64,000 nucleotides of DNA. Origin: Vicugna vicugna (lineage: Eukaryota). Below, one piece after another: positions 27,671 through 40,999 of this stretch. The notes beneath the pieces are model-generated. The model was not told the DNA's origin. It did not search any database and saw nothing but the letters and a program-made list of their open reading frames with translations. The position numbers and the translations under genes are program-made. The stretch covers positions 434,001 through 498,000 of the forward strand of contig MU057796.1 in NCBI GenBank assembly GCA_013265495.1, read 5' to 3'. Within the stretch, counting starts at the first letter, position 1. Each line of letters opens with the position of its first letter.

Positions 27671-30600
27671 GTACAGACTTTCCTGATTGTTCTGTATAAG
27701 AGACTGTTAAATATGTTTAGTTTGGCCAGAGATAAGCTTTAATCCAAAGGAGAGCGAGTAAATTTACCTACTGGTGTTTCTAATAATTTTTTGCAGGTAA
27801 TTTTGCATTTTCTTTAATCCTTGGGGATTATATTTTAGGTAGTAATCACTAGGATTTCTAGTTCTCTGTTTTTAGCATAACTCCTTGGAACGTAGTTGCC
27901 TAGAAAGTTAAACTTAGGGGAATCTTTAAGCATTTTGAGCAAATTGCCATATTTGGGGTTTTATTAACCATAAGAAACATTCAAGACATTGTTAAACTTC
28001 CTGATGAATTTATTTTTCACAGTCCCTGATGTTTGTACAGTCTACCGAAAACATTTCCAAAGGAGATTTTCAAAATATTTCAGAATTATACACTAATATC
28101 CCAGTAAGAGGAATATATGACTGTCTGTTCCAAGAGGGGTTATTTCAGTGGAGGAGTTAATGAAAGCAAATGCCTATGCTTCCAGGCCATTGAGAGGCTA
28201 AAACCTGCTCTTCTCTCTTCAAACTCTTTCTCTAATGAGAACAAAAATGAGAAGTTATAGGATCTCCTCTTCCTCTCCTCTCTGAACACTGAAGGCACCT
28301 GTCGCTAATCAGGTAGGGACGGATGAAACAGAGTTCATTATTGTAAGTTGATAATTCTGACGCTAGTCTGCCTCAGAACACAAAATGAAAGGTGTTGAGC
28401 CCGTTATTGAATATGGCACAGCTCTTTCTCTAATGGAATTATAATCTGCTAGTATTAATTACCAGCCAGCACAGGAGATCTAATTCAGAGCACTATTACA
28501 GCATTCTTTTTCTCCTTGTATATTCTGCTAACTCATGCACACCAGGGATATGAGGGGATACTGGAATCAGTAGCAGATGAATGATGGATGGATCATAAAT
28601 TGGATTGTGTGTTGGTTTATTTAATTAGTTTATTAGAGTTCTCTAGAAACATCTAGGCACTGTGCAAAATTAATATATACAAGAATGTTTAGCTGTCCAA
28701 TTAGGAAAACATAAATTAGTCATATCATCTATGCTATAAAAACCACAAATGCCAAAAGCAATTAAACAAATGAAAGGCTAATAAAAATAAATGTTTGGCA
28801 TGTGTTCTGAATGCCCTGTGTATGAAGGCAGTGAAGGAGCCTCAGTTTATTAAGAGGGCAACTTCTTTCAAATGGACCTGGTCATTTGGAATGGTCAACT
28901 TCACCTATTTTTAAAATTTATTTTCCTGCGTATTGATTGATTGATTGGCTGATGATTATGAGGAGGTCTTTGCAGTAGCAGAATTTATGAAGTTTCTGAT
29001 TGTCTTTTATACATAAAATTTTATTACAGAACTAGAAAAACTGTTAGAATATATCCTTTTCTTACATACTTATCTTTTTAGAAGCTAAAAATTCTACTTG
29101 GATTAATCATCTGTTTTGTACCTGTCTGCCTTGAAGATCATAAGCCATTCACTGAACATGGATCACCATTGTTGTTGAGCAGTAACTGTATTTAAAAGGA
29201 AACTTAATTCACATTCACAAGGTGATCTGGTTTAACATGAGCTACATAGACTCTGAAATGTGCTTTTCCTATCCAACAGTCAAATTTTTTTCTCAGTACT
29301 TTCTCCTTATCAATAAATCATTGAACATAAAAAATTACAGAATCTGGACTAGAAGAAAAAAATGAGTTAATTCAATGACTTTATATCCCATGTGACAAGT
29401 TTTAGGGTTTAACCATTTCAAAACCTTCAGGTTTTTGGTAATTATCAGTTAATGTTAAAAATGAAATGACTACCCATCAGGAGAAAGAGGTGGTGGATTT
29501 GAACTCAGTCTTTGTTTCCAATATCTCTGAAGATTAAATAACTAATTTTCATTTGCAATTCTGGGATCATAGGGCTTTCAGAGGTCTGGAAATATCTGTC
29601 ACTGACTGTACCACCCAGCAGACAGAATTTGTGTAAAGCAGAGCAGGTGCTGCCCACTCAGAGCTAGATGAACTCACGGCAAGTTTCTGGCAGAGGAACA
29701 AAGAGAAACCAGTGAATTAAATGAAAAAATTGCCAGGAATTTATGAACCCTTTGAAAACATGCACATAAGCACACACCAAGGAATGGCTAAAAACACTCG
29801 GGCTGTTCTGAGTATCGATTGACAGTACTGAAGGTAGAATTTAGTCCTGTGGACAGCTCTGGAAACTCTTACCTGAATCCCTTACCACCAATCCATGTAA
29901 CTTCAAATCCAGCAGCAGATAGCTCTCTTTTCATTTACCTAAATGTTTAACTATTTCTTTGCTTACTTTTTCTGTACATTCTTTTTTTTTTTTTTTTTTG
30001 CATTTCAGACCTTGCTTCTGGAATTTTTGAGGCATACACTTTAGCAGTTCCATTAAATAATGTCCATTGGTGGTGAACCTGCGTTTGTTTGCCTGAAATA
30101 TCTTTATGCAACATTGTTACGGGGTGATAGCTTAGCTGGAGCAGAATTCTGTTTTTCACTTACTTGATACATTTATATTGCCACGTGATTGCCATTGCAT
30201 TGCAGAATTATCATTTCTCCTAGTGGTGGGAACAATTAAGATCTACTCTCTTAGCAAGTTTAAGATTTATAGTCTATTATGTTGTCTGTAGTCCCCATCC
30301 TGTCTAATTAGATCTCTAGGTCTTATTTATCTACTAGTTGCAAGTATGTAACCTTAAGTAACATCTCTCCCATTTCCCCATCTCCCAGCCCCAACTAATC
30401 TCCATTCCACTCTTTTTTTGTTCTGAGTTCATTTGAGTTTCCACATATAAAGGATCTTATACAGCATTTGTCTTTCTCTGGCTGACTTATCTCAGCATAC
30501 TGTCCTCAGGTTCCATTCATGTTGTCACGAGTGGCAGGATTTCCTTTATTCTCATGGATGAATTGTATTCCATTGTGTGTATACCACATCTTCTTTATCC

Positions 30601-31183
30601 ATGGATGTTGCGATTGTTTCTTTATCTCGGCTGTTGTGGATAATGCTACAATAACCATGTGATGGCATATATCCCCTCGATAACCTGTTTTCATTTCCTT
30701 TGAATAGATACTCACAGATGGGATCACTGGATCTTACAGTAGTTCTATTTTTTATTTTTGAAGAACCTCCATATTGTTCTTCAAAGTGGATGGACCAGTT
30801 TTTAATTCTGCCAGTGGTGCACAAGGGGTTCCCTTTTCTCTGCATCTTCACCAACACTGATCTCTGGTCTTCTGGATGATTGCCATTATAACAGGTGTGA
30901 GGTGATCTCATTGTGGTTTTGATTTTCATTTTCACAATGAGGAGTGATGCTGAACACATTTTTATGTATCTGTTGTCCATTTGGCTCTTTGGAAAAATGT
31001 CTATTTACTTCCTCTGATTACTTATATATATATATATATTTTGTTGTTATTGAGTTGCATGAGTTTTTTAAAATAAATTTTATATATTAATCCCTTATCT
31101 CATACATAGTTTGCAAATATTTTCTCCCATTTTGTACACTGTCTTTTCATTTTGATTGTTTCTTTTCCTGTAAAGAAGCTTTT

Positions 31184-32631
31184 TTATTTTATTTTATGAA
31201 AAATGTTTTAATTTTAAATCAAAGTACAAAGCAGATACTTGCAAAACAGCATACAAAGTAGAACTCAGATGCCTCCTGTCCCCAGGCTGCCTCTGAGCCC
31301 CTCAAATCGAAACCCAAGCACAGGACAGCCCCTGCTGCCAGGGCTGAAGGGGAGGAAGGGGTGGGTGCTGACAGCGAGACGGCCTTACCCGCAGAGCCGG
31401 TGGTCCCTCAGAGGACAGTGGGCCCCTCCCCACACCCTGGGGCTTGGGGCCCGCCGGACACAGAGTCCGCAGGAGTGGCTCCGGGCACCTCCGAGCGTCA
31501 GAGGTGCCATGAGGGGCTGCGAGTCGACTCTGAAGCCTCCGTGGCTTCCATCTGTATGGCTCTGAAATGAACTTTCCACCCAGTGCCCCACGGCCTGCAG
31601 GTGTGGGCGGCTTTTGAGGACACGGCAGGTCTGACTGGGACAAAGGTTCCAAGGACAAGACACCCAGTTTTGTTAGCGACACGGCCTGCCACAGTCTGAG
31701 CCAGACGCCCACGGGGCCCCACCGCTGCGTGTATCAGAGATGAGGCTGGAGGAGAAGCGCGTAACAAACGAGGAAGTGACATCGCGCGGGAACCGGCGAC
31801 CCGTGACAACGGCCGGCCGAAAGTGACGAACAAAACAGCCTCAGTGCTTGACGTGGGGCGAGGGTGCTGAGGTGGGGTCCTGGGCCCCTGACGGACACAG
31901 GACAGATGGACGGAGCCCAGGTCCCTTCAAAGTGCAAGGCGGACAGTGGCTTCTCTCCGGGTCTCTGCAGGTGACAGGAGGCCCGGGGCGGCCGTGGGGA
32001 CCCTCTGCTGCAGCAGCTTGAGGCAGGGTGGCCTCTGCCTGGTCTTCTCCTGAGTCCAAGAGCAGAACTGCAGCTGGCCGGCTGGTCCACACAGCCTTCC
32101 GCGGGCATCTGGGCACCTGCTTTGCCCCGCGCTGGCCCCCAATGCCCTGGGGCACAGTGTCAGCCAACGGGGTGCAGCCCACCTCCAGGTGGGGACAGGG
32201 TCCCGGGGGCTGAGGCTGCCACACTGGCCCCAGCAGCACAGGCGCTCGTGGGCCCCCATCGAGGTGCGTAAGCACTGGGTGTAGACCCGCTTTCCCACGC
32301 CCGGCCCAGGACCGACGCCCAGGGCTCGCCCGCCAGCACTCCCTGGAGGCCGTCCCGACAGCCCCTATGGACAAAACACTCTGGAACCAGAGCAGAGAGG
32401 GAAGCCTAGGCACTCAGCATCGCTTAGGCTGAAAACACTATCAATCTGACTTCCTAGAAGCCGACTAAGGAGTTTACTTAAAAACACCCACAGAGCGTGT
32501 GCAAGAGCCCGAGCCCCGAGCGCCTGCTGGGTGGTGGGGGGCGGTGCCCCTCTCTGACCCAGGCTGCTCAGGCCCCTTGGCCCTCTGGCCAGGCAGGTGC
32601 CGGAGGCCTCATCCCGACTCCACAGTCCCCC
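31184..32631 (-). pseudogene. Retrocopy of a GC/CpG-rich mRNA 3'UTR (parent gene not identified)
   Basis: 14-bp TSD GTAAAGAAGCTTTT at 31170-31183 and 32632-32645. A-tail at 31184-31196 and ATTAAA at 31207-31212 (minus strand). Abrupt GC shift inside an AT-rich L1 that resumes after the TSD. Confidence 0.85.
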
Positions 32632-34229
32632 GTAAAGAAGCTTTTAATTTTGATGTGGTCCTATCTGTTTATTTTTTTCTTCTGTTTTTTGTACTTTTGT
32701 TTTCTTATCCAAAAAATTATTGTGAGACTCAATGTTGAAGAATTTCTTTTATATGTTTCCTTCTAGGAGTTCTATGGTATCAAATCTTATATTTAAGTCT
32801 TTGGTATGTGTTCAATTAATTTTTGTGAGTGGTTTAAGAATAGGGTCTAATTTTATTGCTCTGCATATGGTTATCCAGTGTTCCCAGGACTGTTTTTAGA
32901 GGAGACTATGTTTTCCCCATTGGATGTTCCTGGATTCTTTATCAAATATTAGTTGTCTATATATGCAAGAGTTTAATTCTGGGCTCTCTATTCTGTTTAG
33001 TGTCTATGTGTCTTTATTTTTTTTTTATGCCAGTGACATATTATTACTATAGCTTTGTAGTATAGTCAGAAATCAGAAAGTGTGATGTCTCTGATTTTGT
33101 TCTTCTTCCTGACTGATTTGGCTATTTGGGGACTTTTGTGGTTTCATAAAAATTGTAGGATTGTCTTTTTTTCCTATCTCTATAAAAATGTGTTGGAATT
33201 TTGATAGAGATTTCATTGAGCTTGCTGATTGCTTTGTGTCACCTGGACATTTTAACAATGTTAACTCTTTCAGTCCATGAACCCAAATGTGCATCCATTT
33301 GTTTGTATTTTTGTCTTCTTTTAACAAAGTTTTGTAGTTTACATTGTACAGATCTTTCACTCCCTTGGTTAAATTTATTCCTAGGGTCAAAAAAAAAAAA
33401 CGTTTACAGAAATCATAGTAAATTTTTGTTAAGAGAAAAAAAAATTATTCCTAGGTATTTTATTGTTTTTGTTGCAGTTGTAAGTGTGATAGTTTTCTTT
33501 TTCAGATGTTTCATTGTTAATTTATAGAAATGTAACTTATTTCTGTGTATTGATTTCTATACCCTGAATTCATTGATGAGATCCAACAGTTTTTTCAGTT
33601 GTCTCTGGGATTTTCAATATCTAAGATCATGTCATTTGCAAATAGCCACATATGTACTTCTTTTCTTGATTTGGATGACTTTTGTTTGTCGTCTCTGTTT
33701 GTTTTAGCTAGGACTTTCAGCAAAATGTTGAATAAGAGTGATTAAAGTGGACACTCTTGTCTTGTTCCTGATCTTAAAGGAAACGCTATCAGTTTTTCTT
33801 CATTGAGTGTGTTTGTCACATATGGCTTTTTATTATGTTGAGATATGTTCTTCTATAGCCAATCTCTTGACAGTTTTTCATCATGAAAAAATGTATTTTC
33901 TCAAATGCTTTTTTCTCTATCTGTTTAGATGATGTAATTTTTACCTTTCATTCTATTAATGTGTGTATTACATTTATTGATGTGTATATGTTGAACTATC
34001 CCTGCATCCAAGGGGGACATCTTCCCTTTAATGAGTTTTTCACTTTAGTTTGCTAATATTTTGTTGATTATTTTTGCATCTGTGTTCTGTATGTTGCTCT
34101 GTAGTTTTCTTTTCTAGTACTAGCTGGCTTTGATATTAAGGTAATGCTGGCCTCATAAAACGAGTTTGGAAGTGTTTCCTCCTCTACAATTTTTGGGGAG
34201 AGATTGAGAAGCATTGACATTAAATCTTT

Positions 34230-34352
34230 ATTTATTTTGAAATTTAATTTTATTATCTTTTTTTTTTTTAATGGAGGTGCTGGGATTGAGCCAAGTGCCT
34301 CATGCATGCTCAGCACGCACCTTTCCACTGAGCTACACCCCCACCCAGCCTC
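34230..34352 (-). mobile_element. tRNA-derived SINE (camelid-type)
   Basis: Minus strand GGGGGTGTAGCTCAGTGGAAAGGTGCGTGCTGAGCATGCATGAGGCACTTGGCTCAATCCCAGCACCTCC followed by an A tail. Confidence 0.9.
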
Positions 34353-34916
34353 AAGTCTTCTTTAAGTGTTTGATAGAATTTGCCAATGAAATCTTCTGGC
34401 CTTCGGGTTTTCTGTGTTGGAAGGTTTTTGATTACTGACTCCATCTCCTCACTCATTATTGATCTGTCCAGACTTGTTCTTTCTTCCTGGTTCAGTCTTG
34501 GTAGGTTCTGTGACTCTAGAAACTTTTCTGCTTCTTCTAGTTTATCTAATTTGCTGTTGTATGATTGTTCGTTGCATTCTCTTGTGATTCTATATGTTTC
34601 TGTGGTGTCAGTGGTAATTTCTCTTTTTTTATTTCTGATTTTACTCATTTGAGTCTTCTATCTTTTATTCTTAGCCTTGCCATAGGTTTGTCAAATTTGC
34701 TTATCTTTTCAAAAAACCATCTCTTAGTTTTATTGCTCTTTCTATTGGTTTTCTGGTCTCTATTTCATTTATTTCCTCTCTGATCTTTATTATTTTGTTC
34801 CTTCTACTGACTTTGGGCTTAATTTGTTCTTTTTCTAGTTCCTTGAGGTGTAAATTTAAATTGCTTATTTGCAGTCTTTCTAATTTCTTAATATGTGCAA
34901 TTATCGCTATAAACTT

Positions 34917-35617
34917 GCCACTGTGGAAAACAGTATGGAGATTCCTCAAAAGACTAAAAATAGACTTACCATATGACCCAGGAATCCCACTCCTGGGCTT
35001 ATATCCAGAAGGAACCCTACTTCAGGATGACACCTGCACCCCAATGTTCATAGCAGCACTATTTACAATAGCCAAGACATGGAAACAGGCTAAATGTCCA
35101 TCAACAAACAACTGGATAAAGAAGATGTGGTATATTTATACAATGGAATACTACTCAGCCATAAAAACTGACAACATAATGCCATTTGCAACAACATGAC
35201 CATTACTCAAATCTGTGGACAAATTGCTCCTGGAGAATGTCATTCTAAGTGAAGTAAGCCAGAAAGAGAAAGAAAAATACCATATGAGATCGCTTATATG
35301 TGGAATCTAAAAAAAAAAAAAAAAAGCAAAAATACAGAACAGAAATAGACTCATAGACATAGAATGCAGACCTGTGGTTGCCAAGGGGGTGAGGGAAGGG
35401 AAGAGATAGACTGAGATTTCAAAATTGTAGAATAGATAAACAAGATTATACTGTATAGCACAGGGAAATATATACCCGATCTTACAGTAGCTCACAGAGA
35501 AAGGAATGTGACAATGAATATATGTATGTTCATGTATAATTGAAAAATTGTGCTCTACACTGGAATTTGACACAATATTGTAAAATGATTATAAATCAAT
35601 AAAAAATGTTAAAAAAA
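34917..35617 (+). mobile_element. Young L1 3' fragment nested in older L1
   Basis: [27 protein letters not shown]...CTPMFIAALFTIAKTWKQ is the ORF2 C-terminus; ends AATAAAAAATGTTAAAAAAA. Confidence 0.93.
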
Positions 35618-36599
35618 GAACTGCTTTTGCAATATCACATAGGTTTTGATATGTTGTGTTCTTATTTTTATTTGTTTTACTCTTTGATTACCCTTTGACT
35701 TCTTTGATCCATTGATTGTTCAAGAATGTATTTATTAGTTTTGACATATTTGCAGACTTCCAACCTCTCCTCACACTGTTAACTTCTAATTTTATACCTC
35801 TGTGGTCACAGAATATACTTGTATTATTTCAGTCTTCTTTAAGTTGCTAAGGGTTGTTTTGTGTCTTCTCATATCATCTGTCTTTGAGAAAGAACAGAAT
35901 TCTTACTTTAAAGTTATTTTCACTCAGAATTTTGATGGTGTTAGTCACTACAGTCTTTCATGTTTGCTGTGTATATGTATGTATATGTGTGCATATGTAT
36001 ATATATACTATATATATGTATATTTCTAGAAGCTCAATTTATTTCTTTGACACTCTGTCACTTTTTATAGTTCTTGATCCTAGCATAAGTTTTGGATTCC
36101 CACTTTTTTTTCCTTTAAAATTGTAATTATTAACCTTATTCCTGTGTCTGCTAATTCCAGTACTTGACATCCTTGGGGTTCTAATTATGGCTTTTTGTTA
36201 TTTATGCAGCTTTTTGGCCAATATTGCTAACTTCTTTGAGTGTTTAGTCATTTTAGGCTAAGAGTTTAAATTTGGTGTATCTCAATCTGTGGACAGATTG
36301 AGGGGCCTGGCATCTGGATGCTTTATTCCTGAGAGGTTATGAGTATCTTTGTGCAGGCATCCATGGCAGCATAGACCAAAATTAGTTTCTTAGCTTTATC
36401 TACTCCAGGCCACCCAAGGAATGCCAGTAGGTAAGTATTTTATAGCCCTCTCTTTGACTCAGTTGTAACTTTTGATGTCCCAAGCTTATGTGAAGACCTC
36501 AGTTCCAGTTTCCCAAGCTTTTGTGTCTTATTCCTTCTCAACCGCCAAAATCCGAGTAAGCCAATGTCTTCAGGGTGTCATTGACCTTTTTTCTCCCCT

Positions 36600-38030
36600 T
36601 TGCTAGAGATAAAATTCACATACCTTAGAATTCATCTTTTACATAATTCAGTGGGTTTTAGCATATTCACTAGGCTGTGCACCTAACACCACCACATAAT
36701 TCCAGTGTATTTTTATTTCCCCCAAATAACCCACACCCATTAGCAGTCAATGCCCATGCCGTCCTCCCTCGGATGCTGACAACTACTAATCTGCTTTCTG
36801 TCTCTGTGGATTTGCCATTTCCAGACATAGCACATAAAATGAATTATGAAATTAGAGTTTTTGTGTCTGGATTTTTTCACTTAGCATAATATTTCTGAAG
36901 TTCATCCCTGTTGTAGCATGTATCAGTCCTTCACTCCTTTTTTATGGCTGATTGATACTTTGTTGTGTGGATATGTCATATATTGTTTATTCATTCATCA
37001 GCTATGGGCATTTGCATTGTTTTTACTTTTGGACCATTACTAATAACGTTGCTATGCATATTCATGTACATGTTTTTGTATGGAGTTTTTCATTTCTCTT
37101 AGATTTATATCTAGGATTGGGATTGCTGGATCATATGATAACCCTGTTTTTAACATTTTTTAAAAAACACCAAACTGTTTTACAAAGCAACTACATCATT
37201 TTACATTCCCACCAGCAATGTATGAAAGTATAAATTTCTCCACATCCATGCCTACACTTGCTATTATTTCTCTTTTTTTTATTGCCTCTTTAGTGAGTAT
37301 GAAATGGTGTCTCATTGTGGTTTTAATTTTCATTTTCCAGTGACTAATGATATTGAGCATCTTTTTGTATGCTTATTGGCTATTTGTAGATCATCTTGGG
37401 AGAAATGTCTATTCAAATCTTTTTCTCAAATCTTTTGCTCATTTTTAAATTAGATTGTCTTTTTATTGTTGAGTTTAAGACAAGCCCTTGTCAGATATAT
37501 GATTTGCAAATACTTTTTCCCATTCTGTGGGCTGTCTTTTCTCTTCCTTGATAGTGTTCTTTGAAACAAAGAAAAATACCGTATGAGATCGCTCATGTGT
37601 GGAATCTGAAAAACAAAAACAAAAACAAACAAAAAAACAAACAAAAACAAAGCGTAAACACAGGACAGAAATAGACTCATAGACAGAGAATACAGAATTG
37701 TGGTTGCCAGAGGGGCGGACGGTGGGAAGGGATAGACTGGGATTTCAAAACAAAANNNNNNNNNNNNNNNNNNNNNNNNNNNNNNNNNNNNNNNNNNNNN
37801 NNNNNNNNNNNNNNNNNNNNNNNNNNTCACAGAGAATGTGACAATGAGTGTGTATATGTCCATGTATGACTAAAAATAATTGTGCTGAACACTGGAATTT
37901 GACACAACATTGTAAAATGATTATAAATCAATAAAAAATGTTAAAAAAAAACGTTAAAAAAAGTTCAATTTTGATGAAGTTCATTCTTTGGTCACTTGTA
38001 CTTTTATGCCATATCTAAGAAACCATTGGG
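36600..38030 (-). mobile_element. Old L1 (L1MB-like) 3' end
   Basis: CATTCCCACCAGCAATGTATG, TTTGCAAATACTTTTTCCCATTCTGTG and related L1 3' motifs. Confidence 0.85.
37567..37962 (+). mobile_element. Young L1 3'UTR fragment containing an assembly gap (N 37756-37826)
   Basis: Colinear with 35270-35617. Confidence 0.9.
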
Positions 38031-38269
38031 ATACTTCTTTACTTGTCAATTATGTTTTAGCTCCTTCTTTAATTTTGATCCTTGAGGATTTCTCTTACAT
38101 TTGTGTAGGCTCAGGCATGCATTTAATAGGCAGTATGTTGTAATTTTTTGCATTTCTAGATTTTTTTTAGTGGGAGGGAATATCAGAACATCGTATGCCA
38201 CTTATTTTCAGAAGTGGATATGACAATTTCCACTACCTTAATGTTTGAAGTCAGTAGAGCACATGCCAA

Positions 38270-38750
38270 ACAGCGCTTTCTTGGGAACTGAAGAGACCTG
38301 AATTCAAATTTTTTTCTGCTGCTTAATAGCTATATGCCTTTGAGGATGTTATTTAATCTCACAATCTGAATATCCTCATGTTAAAATGGAGATAATAATG
38401 ATACCTAAGTCATACAGTTGTGAGGGTTAACAAGATAATACATACGGCTGAAAAATTCTAAGAACTCAACAAACGTTGTGTAGTATATCATGATTAGTAA
38501 TGCAGTTCTCTTCAAAGTGTCTTTAGAAACTGCATGTGTCAACTATTTACCCATTTCTTTTCTTTTAGTAAGAGTGAGATATTTTGAGAATGCTACATTT
38601 TCCTGAATGTTAATTTATTGAGCACTCCTGTATTTATTAACTTGCTTTACAAAGAAGGACACTGAGGCTGAGGGAAACACACTGATGAAGTTCACAAAAA
38701 TCAGTAAGTGAGTCGAACTGAGATTTGAACGCAGCTTGTCTGACTCTGAT
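38270..38750. mobile_element. Two MIR fragments (plus ~38290-38480, minus ~38635-38750)
   Basis: TAAAATGGAGATAATAATGATACC; ACTGAGGCT..GAGATTTGAAC..GTCTGACTC. Confidence 0.7.
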
Positions 38751-38869
38751 ACAAATCCATTTTTACTAACTTAAGAATCCCTTAAATCTCATTTCTCATT
38801 CTGTGTAATTATTCTCCACAAGTCTCCACATCCTATTATGTGTGATGGTTTTCTCTTTGAATCTGTTCA

Positions 38870-39060
38870 GTTCTACAGCTACTAACAATAAGAAGTTATT
38901 TAAATTCAAATTAATTTAAGTTGAATGGCATTAAAAATTAAACATCTCAGTTGTACTGGCCACATTATAAACACTTCCTAGACACATGCATCTATCATAT
39001 TGAACAGCACAGATACAGAACACTTCCATCACTGCAGAAAGTTCTATCGGACTTACTCTA
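38870..39060 (+). mobile_element. MER3/MER33-like hAT MITE
   Basis: GAACAGCACAGATACAGAACACTTCCATCACTGCAGAAAGTTCTATCGGAC end motif. Confidence 0.7.
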
Positions 39061-40999
39061 AATTTTTTTCGTTGAGAGAACTATATCATGGACACTATTG
39101 CAGCCTTAGTTTGCTCCATCATTGCCCTGCAAAATCATATCAGACATTTTTGCTCACTGCACTCTGCACTTAACCATACCAAAAATTGCAAGCTGGTGAA
39201 AAGACCTCAGTGTGGTTGGCACTGGTACACTGACTGCCCTGTGCTTAGGGGAGTGAGAGAGGTGCTGCTTTCCCATCTGATGCTGGCGCTTGGCAACCAT
39301 TTTCTTCTGGGGCATACAACAGCATTTCAGATCATAATGACTCACTGCCTAAATATAATTTTAAACACAGCCAAATGAAAGTGTATAAAAATTACATTCT
39401 CCGAAGAGTGAGCCCTATGTAAGCATTTATTTCTATTAGACAAATTCTAGTATTTATGGAAATTTACTGAATCCTGTATATGCCAAGCCTTTCTTTTACA
39501 AAAAGAAAGAAGAATATTGCATCCGTAAGCATTCATTTCAGTTTTAAAGAGAATAAGATATCGAATAGTAGGACAAGACACTATTAATAGACATTCTAAT
39601 ATTTGATGTATATCAAGTAAAGATCAAAGATCGCCCTTTACTTACTGTTCTTAACAACAGGATTCCTGGCAGAGATATTGAAACAGATTATAGCAAATAT
39701 ATTGCTTAATGCCATTTACACAGGTGAGGATGGGGTAGACTTCTCTGATTCTTGAATCAATGATTTAATGAGGCTTTGCTATGTTTCTGTTTTAGGGGAC
39801 TTCATGGTCAGTATAATCTTGATTTCAAGATAACTCATTAGGTAATAATGGAAGAGAAAGGGGATGAGAGCCTCTGCACTTAGGGGATACTAGACACCAA
39901 ACTCTGATTTGGCATCATCCTCATTTTACCAAATTGGAACCGTACAAATTTTTTTCTCAGAAAAAGGAGTACGATTTAATTAATTGGTCCTCAATGATAC
40001 TGAAGTGCTTAGGAAGCATAGCACTTATTCTCATAATTTTAATAGCTGTGAGGAAAAAGTCACCTTTTAACGATGGAAGTTAATAAGAAGCAGCAGAAAG
40101 CAGATATATTAAAGGAAAGGGCATCTTAAAGGAATGCTTTGTAGGGAAGAGGCTCATTGAGGACAGTGATGGGTCTGTCTTACCACCTCATCTTTTGCTA
40201 CTTGCACACAGCACCTGGCAAATACTGGTCACTCAGTAAATACTTGTAAGTTCATGTGATCAAGACAAAAGAGAGAAATCCTAAATCTTATCTTAAGACA
40301 TTTGGCCTTTCTCACCATTATTAGAAAGAATAGAAGATCAACTGCTGTTTAGTTGATTATAAGTGTGTCAAAATGGATGATGGGTTGTGGCCTGCATGGA
40401 ACATAGGAAAAGAAAGATAAAGTTTAGAAAATGTTAAAGTGATGTGTCAGCAACACTAATGGAGGTGGGGTGGGGTGGGAAGTAGCACTCTGGTGTAAAT
40501 GGCCCAGAATGGACGGTTCAATTCATCTCTGAACAGAAACATTTTCAAAGAAGGATGGATAGTTCATAAAGGCTGCAATTATTTGATGGAAATATTTCAT
40601 AAGAATGAGTATATGATTTTCTCTCCTTTACTTCATTACTTGTCACCCGAATTCATATTTGATTTTCCCATGTTAATCATCCGTGGAGGCCACATACTCT
40701 AAATACATGGCTATTCTGACTATTACTTTTCTAATGATTATTTTATAAATCAGCTTTCTCTTTTATATGTCAATCTCTTCTGTCTTGGGTTAATGTGACT
40801 CAGTTCTCCCTAAACTGATCATTCTCCAATGAACTAATGACCGAAGACTTCTAGGCCTGGAAAAGTTGGGGGACCCTTAATCTGTGGTGACTCCCAAGGT
40901 GCAGAAATGCAATAATACTCAAAGAAGCAACTACTTTCTTTGGTTTTTAATCAGTGTTCTTCTGTAACTACACCATGACTGACATAAAATCAAAAATCA

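Larger units (their letters stand above)
30150..35850 (-). mobile_element. Old L1 (L1MA-like) 3'UTR and ORF2, interrupted by four younger insertions
   Basis: ORF2 remnants LGINLTKGVKDLY, ETLPNSFYEASITLI, NLPRLNQEE, GKFIAIIAHIKK. Confidence 0.9.

Noticed and set aside
31239..32766. Many overlapping 60-190 aa ORFs on both strands
   Set aside because: Expected from high GC content; no recognisable domain, and the segment looks like a 3'UTR retrocopy.
34270..34345. tRNA gene
   Set aside because: tRNA-derived SINE head with A tail and diverged boxes.
37756..37826. Run of N
   Set aside because: Assembly gap inside an L1 3'UTR, not biology.
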